Assembly: GCA_041308705.1 (NCBI GenBank) | Contig: JBFZBA010000061.1 | Span: forward strand, 1-39,001 | Direction: 5' to 3' | From: Candidatus Altimarinota bacterium | GTDB taxonomy: Bacteria > Patescibacteriota > Gracilibacteria > BD1-5 > JAGOOR01 | DNA length: 39,001 nucleotides | Shown here: positions 10,700 to 19,846 of the stretch, piece by piece | How the letters are laid out: each line of letters starts with the position of its first letter | Numbering within the stretch: the stretch's first letter is position 1 | Notes under the pieces: generated by a model | What the model was told of the DNA's origin: nothing | Databases searched by the model: none | Seen by the model: only the letters and a program-made list of their open reading frames with translations | Program-made: the position numbers and the translations under genes

Positions 10700-10948
10700 A
10701 TGGCAGAAAAATTTATACGCTTTTGTATCACAAACATTGTCGAAAACCCTGACGCAGTTTCCCTGGAGATCAAGGAAGATCCAGACGCTACACGCTACCA
10801 ACTCACTGTCCACAGTGATGACATGAAGCGTGTGATTGGTCGTGGATGAAAAACTATCCGAGCTCTCCAATCTCTCGTCCGTATTATCGGCATAAAAAGT
10901 GATAAAAAGCTCTTCTTAAACCTCGTCGAACCATGTTCACCTCAATAG
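10700..10948 (+). CDS. KH-domain RNA-binding protein (YlqC/UPF0109 family)
   Basis: Conserved position after rpsP. Motif MKRVIGRGGKTIRALQSLV, with one Gly of the GxxG loop encoded by TGA. Confidence 0.8.
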
Positions 10949-11445
10949 TCTACGCTCAGACATCCACCTTTGCAGATGCATCTTCTCAGATTTATACTCT
11001 GGAAGAACTCATGACCGTCGGCATCGCTATACTTCTCCTCATCGCTGTTATCCTCACAATTGTGTTCGTACTTTGGTGAGGATTTTTGTTAGTCATTTCT
11101 GGTGGCGATGAACAAAAAGTGCATCCGGCTATCAATATGATTCGTTATTCGCTTATTGGTCTCATCGTGATGATTGTGATTATCCTCGTCACACCTGCAG
11201 TCTCTCGAGCAGTAGGATTTGAATCAATCGGTGAGAAATTCAGTCCAGGAAATATATTCCAGACCATGAAGTGCGTCTCTGATCGTGTATTTGGAAATAC
11301 TGACCAATCATGTTTTGCTGTCGCAAGCGGACAAACAGGTTTTTCATCAAACAGCTCATCATCAGGAATTCCTACTTTCGGAGGAAGTCGTAGTCAAGGC
11401 GGAAATAGTCCAAATGGTGTCGGGAACTGGACAGGAGATCTCTAA
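10933..11445 (+). CDS. VirB2/TrbC-like (T4SS-pilin-like) two-TM protein with a Gly/Ser/Asn-rich tail
   Basis: ATG 10933 is in frame with ORF 11086-11445 via TGA (VLWGGFLL). The arrangement is a hydrophobic helix, the loop SGGDEQKV, then a second hydrophobic helix. The gene overlaps the KH gene by 16 nt. Confidence 0.55.
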
Positions 11446-11454
11446 ATAATATCC

Positions 11455-11982
11455 ATGAAGCTCATCGTCGGTCTCGGAAATCCATGAAAAGAATACAGAG
11501 AAACTCGGCACAATGTCGGGTTTCTTTTTGTGGATGATCTCGCCTCTCAGATGAGTGCAGAGGAATGGAAAAAGTGATATCAGTGACTCCATACTTCGTG
11601 TAGTCTCGAGTGAACCAAGTGTATTCTTCTGAAGCCTGAGACCTACATGAATCTCTCCGGTAAAAGTGTCCAAGCCTGTGCATCATTTTTCAAAATAGCA
11701 GCAAAGGATATCATCATCATCTCGGATGACATAGATATGGACTTTTGAAAGGTGCGATTTCGTGAGACAGGAAGCGGTGGCGGACACAATGGTATCAGCT
11801 CGATTATTGAATCATTGGGAACAAATAATATCAAACGAATTAAAATAGGTATAGGCCGACACCCTCACATGGATGCAGCAGATTGGGTACTCTCAAAGTT
11901 TACAAAAGAAGAAAAGGACCAACTCGAAGATATATTTATTGAGGTAGAGAAGAAATTACTGGAAAAAATCTCGTCGGATTAA
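11455..11982 (+). CDS. pth: Peptidyl-tRNA hydrolase
   Basis: [23 protein letters not shown] (TGA at 11485-11487), [20 protein letters not shown]. Confidence 0.92.
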
Positions 11983-12021
11983 ACTTGTAAAAGCTCTCAA
12001 ACATATTACACTCGCCCGTAT

Positions 12022-12097
12022 GCCGATGTAGCTCAGCTGGTAGAGCAGGAGTATCGTAAACTTCAGGTCGCAAGTTCGAATCTTGTCATCGGCTCCA
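12022..12097 (+). tRNA. tRNA-Thr (anticodon CGT), CCA encoded
   Basis: Hand-folded cloverleaf. Acceptor GCCGATG/CATCGGC, D arm GCTC-AGCTGGTA-GAGC, anticodon arm GGAGT-ATCGTAA-ACTTC, T arm GCAAG-TTCGAAT-CTTGT, discriminator T plus CCA. Confidence 0.9.
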
Positions 12098-12122
12098 AAA
12101 CTATAATTCGAAATATTCTTGC

Positions 12123-12199
12123 GGTCGCAAGTTCGACTCACTTCGTTTTACTCTCTCCTCGCTAGCTCGGCGTAAAACTCGCTCCTGTCATCGGCTCCA
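12123..12199 (+). pseudogene. Broken duplicate of the tRNA-Thr 3' half
   Basis: GGTCGCAAGTTCGA (12123-12136 = 12066-12079) and TGTCATCGGCTCCA (12186-12199 = 12084-12097) are exact repeats. The 4 nt between them in the tRNA are replaced by 49 nt that contain a GTTTTAC...GTAAAAC hairpin (12145-12151 / 12172-12178). No matching 5' half is present. Confidence 0.6.
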
Positions 12200-12213
12200 A
12201 TTAGAGACAATCT

Positions 12214-12239
12214 AAGACTTGGGTCACGAGTCTTTTTTT
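12214..12239 (+). terminator. Rho-independent terminator candidate after the tRNA region
   Basis: AAGACTTG-ggtca-CGAGTCTT stem (one G-U pair) followed by TTTTT. Confidence 0.55.
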
Positions 12240-12379
12240 CTCGCTTTTTACAAAAAAATCCCTATAATTCCCCTGTTTCACTGAGAGGACTCTCTGGATT
12301 TGCTCGATGACTGAAGTTTTCAGTTATGGCGTAAGTCTAGGCTCTTCCCTTGAAGCGCTTATTTTCTTCATTTTTTCTT

Positions 12380-14527
12380 ATGATTTCAGGTATTCGCGAC
12401 AACAATGTCGGAGAGATTACTCCGATTTCGAAGTCTTATACTATCGCTGGTAAGATATACACTTTTGAGACTGGTACATTTGCCCTCCTCATCGATGGAG
12501 CCATCACGATCAAGGACGAACTCGGTCATGTCCTCCTCACCACAGCTGGTGTCAGCAAAAAAGGTAAAGCAGGAGCTGACTGGTTCCCTCTCTCTGTCGA
12601 CTATCAGGAGCGTTTTTATTCTACTGGTCATATCGGTGGTGGACGATTCAACAAGCGTGAAGCTCGTCCGACGACTTCTGCTATTCTCAATTCTCGTCTC
12701 ATCGATCGACCTATTCGTCCGATGTTCCCAAAAGGCACAACAAACGAAGTCCAGATCATCCCAACTATCTACTCTGCGACTGGTAAACAAGATTTCGGTG
12801 TCTGGGGTATCGCTGGTGCGAGTATCGCTCTCCAGCTCGCTGGTGTTCATCAATTTGAAGACGCAGTCTCTGGTGTCCGTCTCGCAGTTATGGAAGACGG
12901 TGGTATGATTTTTGATCCTACCTTTGAAGAAATCAATAACGCTCTCTACGAGCTCGTCGTCGCAGGTACAGCAGATATCATCACGATGGTTGAAATGGGC
13001 GGTAAGGAAGCAAGTGAAGAGATGATTATGCGTGGATTTGAGTACGCTCAGAAAGTCCTCGCAGAGCTCTCTGCAGCTCAGAAAGACTTCATCGCGACAG
13101 TAGAGGCAAAATACCCTATCACAAAGATGGACCTCGATATCAAGGCTGGGGTAGCTGGTCTCGAGGAAAAAGTCTTCGCAGTACTCTCTGCTGAGAAAAT
13201 CGAAGCACTCTACAATATTGGTAAGATAGATTTTCACCACAAACTCGAGGAAATCATCGAGGAAGCAAAAACAGCTCTCGGCTACACAGAGGATACAGAA
13301 GAATTGAACGGCAACGAAATCGGTGAACTCGTTTACAAGTTCGTCAAAAAAATCATGCGTAAAAACATCCTCGAATCAGGTCGTCGTCTCGATGGTCGAA
13401 AAGGTGACGAGGTACGCCCTATCATGACAGAAGTTGGTCTTCTCCCTCTCACGCACGGTTCAGGTCACTTCCGTCGTGGTGTCACATCAGTCCTCTCTAT
13501 CGCTACTCTCGGTGGACCTCTCGATAACGAGCTCGTCGAAGGTATGTATCCAGAATACGAACGACGCTACATGCATCACTACAACTTCCCTCCATACTCA
13601 GTCGGTGAGATAAAGATGATGCGTGGAGTTGGTCGTCGTGAAGTCGGTCATGGAAATCTCGCTGAAAAAGCCCTCATGCCTGTCCTCCCAAAAATAGAAG
13701 AATTCGGTTACACAGTCCGTGTCGTCTCTGAAGTCCACACCTGTAATGGCTCGAGCTCTATGGGCTCAGTCTGTGGATCGACACTCGCCCTCATGGATGC
13801 TGGTGTCCCTATCACAGCACCTGTCTCTGGCGTCGCTATGGGTATGGTCTTCGATGATGCAACTGGTAAATATGTCGTCCTCTCAGATATCCAGGCTCAA
13901 GAGGATTTCCTCGGAGATATGGATTTCAAGGTCGCAGGTACTCGAAAAGGTATCACAGCGCTCCAAATGGATACAAAGATTGACGGTCTCACGCTCGCAA
14001 TCGTCCGTGAAGTATTCGAACAAGCAAAAGGTGCTCGAGAATTTATCCTCCAGGGTATGCTCAAATCTATCGAAACTCCTCGTCCAGAAGTCTCTCCTCA
14101 CGCTCCTGCACTCATCTCTATGAAGATCGACCCATCAAAAATCGGTATGGTCATCGGTAAAGGTGGTGAAACTATCCAGGACATGCAGAAATACTTCGGA
14201 GTAGAAATCTCTATCGAAGACGATGGAACCGTCGTCATCACTGGTCCAAGCAAAGAAGCTGGTGAAGGTGCGAAAAAAGCTATCGAAAATATCGTCCGTG
14301 ATATCGAAGTCGGTCAAGAATTCGATGGTGAAGTCGTGAAAATCCTCGAAGGTGTCGGAGCTATCGTCGAAATCGGTGGTGGCAAGTCTGGTATGATCCA
14401 TATCAGTAAGCTCTCTGATAAGCGAGTAGAACGCGTAGAAGATGTCGTCAACACAGGAGACAAAGTCCACGTAAAAGTCATCCAGGTCGACAACGACAAA
14501 GGACGAATCGGATTGCAGAAGGTATAG
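12380..14527 (+). CDS. pnp: Polyribonucleotide nucleotidyltransferase (PNPase)
   Basis: Two RNase PH domains plus KH (GKGGETIQ) and S1 (GMIHISKL) domains. The ORF is uninterrupted. The start is taken at ATG 12380 rather than the upstream TTG. Confidence 0.95.
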   Translation: MISGIRDNNVGEITPISKSYTIAGKIYTFETGTFALLIDGAITIKDELGHVLLTTAGVSKKGKAGADWFPLSVDYQERFYSTGHIGGGRFNKREARPTTSAILNSRLIDRPIRPMFPKGTTNEVQIIPTIYSATGKQDFGVWGIAGASIALQLAGVHQFEDAVSGVRLAVMEDGGMIFDPTFEEINNALYELVVAGTADIITMVEMGGKEASEEMIMRGFEYAQKVLAELSAAQKDFIATVEAKYPITKMDLDIKAGVAGLEEKVFAVLSAEKIEALYNIGKIDFHHKLEEIIEEAKTALGYTEDTEELNGNEIGELVYKFVKKIMRKNILESGRRLDGRKGDEVRPIMTEVGLLPLTHGSGHFRRGVTSVLSIATLGGPLDNELVEGMYPEYERRYMHHYNFPPYSVGEIKMMRGVGRREVGHGNLAEKALMPVLPKIEEFGYTVRVVSEVHTCNGSSSMGSVCGSTLALMDAGVPITAPVSGVAMGMVFDDATGKYVVLSDIQAQEDFLGDMDFKVAGTRKGITALQMDTKIDGLTLAIVREVFEQAKGAREFILQGMLKSIETPRPEVSPHAPALISMKIDPSKIGMVIGKGGETIQDMQKYFGVEISIEDDGTVVITGPSKEAGEGAKKAIENIVRDIEVGQEFDGEVVKILEGVGAIVEIGGGKSGMIHISKLSDKRVERVEDVVNTGDKVHVKVIQVDNDKGRIGLQKV

Positions 14528-14558
14528 TTAGTAATTTACAATTTAACTAGAGCGGCTT

Positions 14559-15002
14559 ATGATCTTCTGATTTTGGATTATAGTTCTGATAGTAAACTCC
14601 TCAGAGCTCTCAAATGAAACATTAGTCGTTTGTAATCTTCTGTTCATACTAATCTTCATAGTGCAATCGTGAATTAAATACATGCCTCAATTAATGGGGT
14701 TATATATATTCAAGAACAGTGTGATAAATAAAAAATTAAGCTTATATATTGCAACAACTGATAGAGAGTATCTTGAAAAAATGATTGATGGTAGGGATGA
14801 TTTTGATGGTATTTACTGAGAATGTCATGAACGATTCCTTAGCCACATTTATGAAAGTGATAAATATGAGAAAGATGAATTAGAATATTACGACAGTAAT
14901 CTGGCAGAAAAGAATTCTTGAAAAATATATCATAAATGGGGATTTTGGAACATAATCATTTCTCACACTATACTCTTTGCCTTACTTGTAAGTAATCTTT
15001 AA
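14559..15002 (+). CDS. Hypothetical membrane protein (147 aa; the start could instead be ATG 14683)
   Basis: The frame is open with 4 TGA = Gly and ends at TAA 15000-15002. There are hydrophobic N- and C-terminal segments. The sequence is AT-rich. Confidence 0.4.
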
Positions 15003-15517
15003 TGGAAAATAATCCAAACCAAAATTACTCTATATGAGAAGATCCTCGTTCTTTCTTTAAAAATTTATTAAAGGATGATCATAAGTACTTACAAGAAAGT
15101 GCTGAAAAGTGGGCAGAGAAATTAACCTACGATTTAAGCAAACAAATAATTCAATTTAATTTCTTGTTTGTCGCTTTTGTAACAACTTTACAGGATGAAT
15201 TTACAAATAAAAATCTGCTATACATATCAATTATACTAAGCATATTTTCAATTATTTGAGCTTTTTGGTATCTTAATTTAATTTGCAACGAAAACATAAA
15301 AAGCATGAACAAAAGAAATGATATAGTAGAAAAAAGTTTAGAAAAAATAAATAAATGAGAGGACCCTCTTTTAGTACTTCCGGCACACAATGTAGAAATG
15401 TCTTACGCAATGTGATTACTGAGATGAAAAGAGGTATTTTTAAGAATTCTACAAAGAGCAGTTATTTTATGATTTATAGGTAGCTTAATTGTAGGAGTAG
15501 TTTGAATGTTGGGCTAA
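15002..15517 (+). CDS. Hypothetical membrane protein (171 aa) with a central TM hairpin and a C-terminal TM segment
   Basis: The start overlaps the previous stop (TAATG). The frame is open with 6 TGA = Gly and ends at TAA 15515-15517. TM segments: IIQFNFLFVAFVTTL, LLYISIILSIFSIIGAFWYL and AVILGFIGSLIVGVVGMLG. Confidence 0.45.
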
Positions 15518-15518
15518 A

Positions 15519-15785
15519 ATGAAATCCCCTCTCCTCCAAATCCCCTGAATCTGAAAAGTCATCGCCCGTGATTTAGTAGAAATGGGTTTTATCGAGGTAT
15601 CGGATTTACGAGGACAGAATCCAGAAATCATCTATGAAATGGCGAATAAGCTCCGAGGAAGTAAACAGGACCCTTGTCTCCTCTATACCTTTCGCTGTGC
15701 GGTATATTTCGCCGATACTCCTCCCGAGAAACGCGACCCAGAACTCCTCAAATGGTGGAATTGGAAGGATAGGAAATACAAATAG
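15519..15785 (+). CDS. Helix-hairpin-helix protein (Cdd1 / 'pathogenicity locus' PF11731-like)
   Basis: MKSPLLQIPGIGKVIARDLVEMGF, where both Gly of the HhH GIG motif are TGA. The C-terminal LLKWWNWKDRKYK is also present. Confidence 0.65.
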
Positions 15786-15793
15786 TCTCCCCT

Positions 15794-16014
15794 TCCCGTC
15801 ATTCCGGGCACGCGAATACCATGCCGTAGGCGGGTATGAGTACGACCCGGAATCCAGGAGAATAAACTACGCGGAGCGAGCCTAATACAATTATAAGGAT
15901 TAAATATTTTTACCTGGATCCCCGGGTCGCGTTTTCCCCTGCTTCACAATGAAAAAACTTGCCCGAGGATGACGGAATCAAGTCTGGATACCGTGTCGAG
16001 CACGGTATGACGAA
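15794..16014. repeat. GC-rich nested-palindrome (MITE/REP-like) intergenic element
   Basis: ATTCCGGG (15801-15808) pairs with CCCGGAAT (15846-15853). ACCCGGAATCCAGG (about 15845-15858) nearly pairs with CCTGGATCCCCGGGT (about 15913-15927). The outer arms CCGTCATTCCGGGCA and TGCCCGAGGATGACGG are imperfect complements. A perfect hairpin ATACCGTG-tcgag-CACGGTAT lies at 15988-16008. Confidence 0.6.
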
Positions 16015-16050
16015 TCAAAACTGTATACTTTTTTTCAACGGTATGACAGG

Positions 16051-16353
16051 CTACTTACCCCATTTCTTCTGCCACTCCAGTAGTCCGCAGACGTGAGCAC
16101 AAAATGACTCCCCTTTTTTGGTGAGTGAATAGCGTATTTTTATTGGCTTTTGTTGGACTATTTCCCGCACGATGAATCCTTCCTCTTCCATCTCAGAGAG
16201 ACGAGTGGAGAGGATTTTTTGATTGATGTCCCCTATCTCATCTTTGATAGCAGTAAATGTTTCATGTCCATCGTGCATGGTTTTCAGGATAACCATGATC
16301 CATTTTTTGTTGATGAAATTCAGAACCTCAGCGATGTCACAATCTTTTTTCAT
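16051..16353 (-). CDS. HxlR-family (DUF24) winged-helix transcriptional regulator
   Basis: Length is 100 aa. Motifs KWIMVILKTM..., ETFTAIKDEIGDINQKILSTRLSEMEEEGFIVRE and IRYSLTKKG. Confidence 0.85.
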   Translation of the reverse strand: MKKDCDIAEVLNFINKKWIMVILKTMHDGHETFTAIKDEIGDINQKILSTRLSEMEEEGFIVREIVQQKPIKIRYSLTKKGESFCAHVCGLLEWQKKWGK

Positions 16354-16359
16354 AAAATT

Positions 16360-16431
16360 AGTTGCAAAAAGAAACTAAGTAAATATACTAAACTAAGTTT
16401 CAGTATATATATCAATTATATATTTGCAACT
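16360..16431. promoter_or_regulatory. Divergent promoter region with candidate operator inverted repeats
   Basis: AGTTGCAAA (16360-16368) and TTTGCAACT (16423-16431) form a perfect 9-bp inverted repeat. Between them is an imperfect palindrome GAAACTAAGT...AACTAAGTTTC. Confidence 0.3.
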
Positions 16432-16454
16432 CATTCATTTCTTAACAATCGCAT

Positions 16455-17153
16455 ATGAAGTATATATTTATTGTCACGCTCACGACTCTGATGCTCGCAG
16501 GTTGCAGCATCTATGAGACTAAAGATTCACAAACAAGCACTCCTGCAGAAGAAGTGGAATATAGTGTCAGCCCTGCCGACATGCTCTCCCCTACTCTCGC
16601 AGACACTCTCGCGACTAGCGACATATCAGAGCAAGAGAGAAATTCTCTCATCTGGATGAGAGAAGAAGAAAAACTCGCACACGATGTCTATACAGCACTC
16701 TCTCAGAAATGGGGAAAACAAATATTTAGCAATATCGCTGCCAGTGAACAAACACACACAGGAGCAGTTCTCGGACTGCTGACGAAGTATGGTATACCTG
16801 ACCCAGCAAAATCAGAACCAGGAGTATTTACCTCTCCAGAACTCCAAAAACTCTATGACACTCTCATAGCTCAAGGGAATACTTCCCTCCTGGATGCACT
16901 CATAGTGTGAGCGACGATAGAAGACCTCGACATCTACGACCTCGATACTCAGATGAAAAATATCGATAACGCTGATATAGCTACTGTCTATGCCGAGCTC
17001 AAGAGAGGCTCAGAGAATCACATGAGAGCCTTTGTGCGAAATATCACTCAGGCTGGATGAAGCTATACACCCAAATACATATCACTCTCCGACTACGAAG
17101 CTATCCTCAGCACCGAACAACAGCGATGAATGGGCAGAGGCAGAAACAATTAA
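16455..17153 (+). CDS. DUF2202 (ferritin-like) lipoprotein
   Basis: Lipobox LMLAGC. Motifs IWMREEEKLAHDVY, NIAASEQTH, GATIEDLDIYDL and GSENHMRAF. Three TGA = Gly codons. TAA at 17151-17153. Confidence 0.7.
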
Positions 17154-17177
17154 TATTTATTTTTTACACTACTTTTT

Positions 17178-19028
17178 ATGAATCATCTCACCTATTCCGA
17201 AGCACAGAAGCTCGCACAATCTGGCAAAAAAATCATCTATATAGATGTACGAACCCCTGGAGAGCATCATCTCGAACATATCAGGGATTCTATCAATCTC
17301 CCGCTTGATTCATTTGATGCGACGAGCTATCGAGAAAAACTCGAAAAATACGACATGGTTATCGCCTATTGTAACACAGGAAATGTCTCTTCTCAATTTA
17401 TCAAACGGGCAGCACAATCAGGTATCAATAATGTCTCTAATCTGACAGGTGGTATATCTGTGTGCAAGGATTGTCCTATTGAAAAAGAAAAATGACCGCT
17501 CCCCATCATGAGACAAGTCCAGGTAGCAGCAGGATTGCTCGTACTCCTCGGTATCATCCTCTCATGGATGGCATATCCTTTTATCGGTATAAGCCTCTTC
17601 GTCGGAGCTGGTCTCGTATTCGCAGGGATAAGTGGATGGTGTGGTATGGCAAAAATCCTCGGAAAGATGCCATGGAATAATCCAAAACTCTATCAGAAAA
17701 GCACAGAAGTTACAGGAGAAAATCTCCTCATACGTCAGTTCGAAGACAAAAAACTCGCTCATTATTCGTACATAGCTCTGAGCGACAGTGAGGCAGTAGT
17801 CGTCGACCCTGAGCGTGATATTCAGAAATACTTAGACTTTGCAAAAGACAAAAATGCAACAATTGTCGGAGTACTCAATACTCATCCTCATGCTGACTTT
17901 GCCAGTGGACATCTCGAGCTCCATGAAAAAACGGGAGCAACGATTTATGTCGGAGAAAAGGTAGGTGCTGAATACCCTCACGTTGGAACAAAAGATGGTG
18001 ACGAGATAACTTTTTGAAGTTCAAAAATTGTCTCTTATTTCACACCAGGACATTCGCCTGATAGTATCAGCTATATGACTCTGGACGCACGCGGAAAAGA
18101 GATAGGGTTCTTCACAGGCGATTGGCTCTTTATCGGAGATGTCGGTCGTGCGGATCTCAGAGAAAACGTCGGAAATATCAAGGCTCAACAGAGAGAACTC
18201 GCTGGAAATATGTATGACACAACTCGTACGATATTGCCACAGATTGATAGAGACACTATGATACTCCCCGCTCACGGAGCTGGAACATCGTGTGGAAAAT
18301 GACTCAGTAAACAGAATATGGCGACGCTCGAGAATCAGAGAAAATTTAATCCTATGCTGCAGGATATGTCACGAGAGGATTTCGTAGCAGAACTCACTTC
18401 AGACCAGCCCGCTATCCCTGCATACTTCACCAATAGTGTCCTCCTAAATAAAAAAGGAAATACTTCTTTCACGGAGTCAAAAGAACAAATCAAATCACTC
18501 ACCACTCTTCCAAAAGATATCAGAATCATAGATACCCGAACATGGGAAAAAGTGGCACTGAATCCAGTCCATACTGATGCGCTCAATATCGACCAAGAAA
18601 GTGCAGCATTTACAGGGCTACTAGGTGCCATCATCATGCCCGATGAAAAGTACGCCATTATCATTGAGAAAAATGCAAATAGAGAAAGTATTGTTCACGA
18701 TATTCTCAGTATCTGATATGAGAAAAATCTCGTAGGAATATACAGCCTCGAACATGTCCATATAGATTCGATAAAAACAACACGAGCCGACATCAAAGAA
18801 AATCCATCCATACGCATCCTCGATGTGCGAAGCGTCGGAACAGTGACAGACAATCCCTACGATCTCCCGAGCATCAATATCCCTATCGAAGAATTACCAC
18901 ATCGTTTCACAGAACTCGATAAAAAAATCACCTATGTGCCTTATTGTGGAGGAGCATACAAATCCAGTCTCGCCCTCACGTGGTTACAATCACACGGATA
19001 CAAAGCACAAAAACTCACCATCTCATAA
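17178..19028 (+). CDS. Rhodanese - DUF2892 (YgaP-like 2-TM) - MBL-fold persulfide dioxygenase (CstB-like) - rhodanese-like - rhodanese fusion, 616 aa
   Basis: ORFs 17178-17495, 17508-18017, 18075-18302, 18318-18716 and 18825-19028 are all in one frame and separated only by TGA codons. Motifs: [46 protein letters not shown] and [12 protein letters not shown]. Confidence 0.75.
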
Positions 19029-19037
19029 TCCCCTTCC

Positions 19038-19823
19038 ATGATTATCCTCGGCTACATATCATCCATTCTCGTTGGGGTCACACTCGGACTCATCGGTGGA
19101 GGAGGGAGTATACTCACTGTCCCTATTCTGGTATATCTCTTTGGTATTCCTATGGTAGTAGCATCGAGCTATTCCCTGTTCATAGTCTGAGTCACGAGCC
19201 TCATAGGTGGTATGAAATACACACGACAGAAACTCGTGAAACCAATGCAGGTTATGGTATTTGGCATTCCAGCAGTTATTGCAGTGTTTTTGACGCGTGT
19301 ATGGATTTTACCCAGTATTCCCGCCGATATACTTATCTGGGGAATATCTGTCTCAAAAGATATACTCTTGCTTGGTTTTTTTGCAGTGCTCATGATAGCG
19401 GCTTCGCTTTCTATGATTTTCCCGCAGAAACTCAAAAACACTGGAAAGAAAAAACACATTATCTGGATTATATTAGAAGGAGCAGCAGTCGGAACCATTA
19501 CTGGATTAGTGGGTGCTGGAGGAGGCTTTATGATTATCCCTGCTCTCGTGATATTCAATAAAATGCCAATGAAAGAAGCAATAGGTACTTCGCTCTTTAT
19601 CATCGCTCTCAATTCTCTCATAGGATTCACGAGTAGTCTTCATGGAACTGAAGTGGATTGGATACTTCTTTTACAGATAGCGAGCCTCGCTATCGTTGGT
19701 ATATTTATCGGCAATAAAGCCTCAAAAAAAATATCTTGAGAAGTCCTCAAGCCCATCTTTTGATGGTTCGTGCTCATACTCGGCTCTGTAATTCTCATAC
19801 AAGAACTGAGCCATATATTATAA
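19038..19823 (+). CDS. TauE/SafE-family sulfite/anion exporter
   Basis: GLIGGGGSILTVPILVY and GLVGAGGGFMIIPALV repeats. Three TGA = Gly codons. The frame extends past the track's stop to TAA 19821-19823. Confidence 0.85.
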
Positions 19824-19846
19824 TTTATTTTTTACCCCTTATTTTT

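Noticed and set aside
12386-13240. 284-aa minus-strand ORF, plus a 167-aa alternate-frame plus ORF (12405-12908) inside pnp.
   Set aside because: These are shadow and alternate frames of PNPase. Their Ser/Arg/Asp-rich composition is typical of out-of-frame reading of a codon-biased gene.
17178-17495. Stand-alone 105-aa rhodanese gene ending at TGA 17493-17495, with a separate downstream gene starting at ATG 17508.
   Set aside because: Under the code supported everywhere else in the window, this TGA is sense, and the next in-frame TAA/TAG is at 19026-19028. It is kept as a single fusion ORF, and the boundary TGA is flagged for experimental check.
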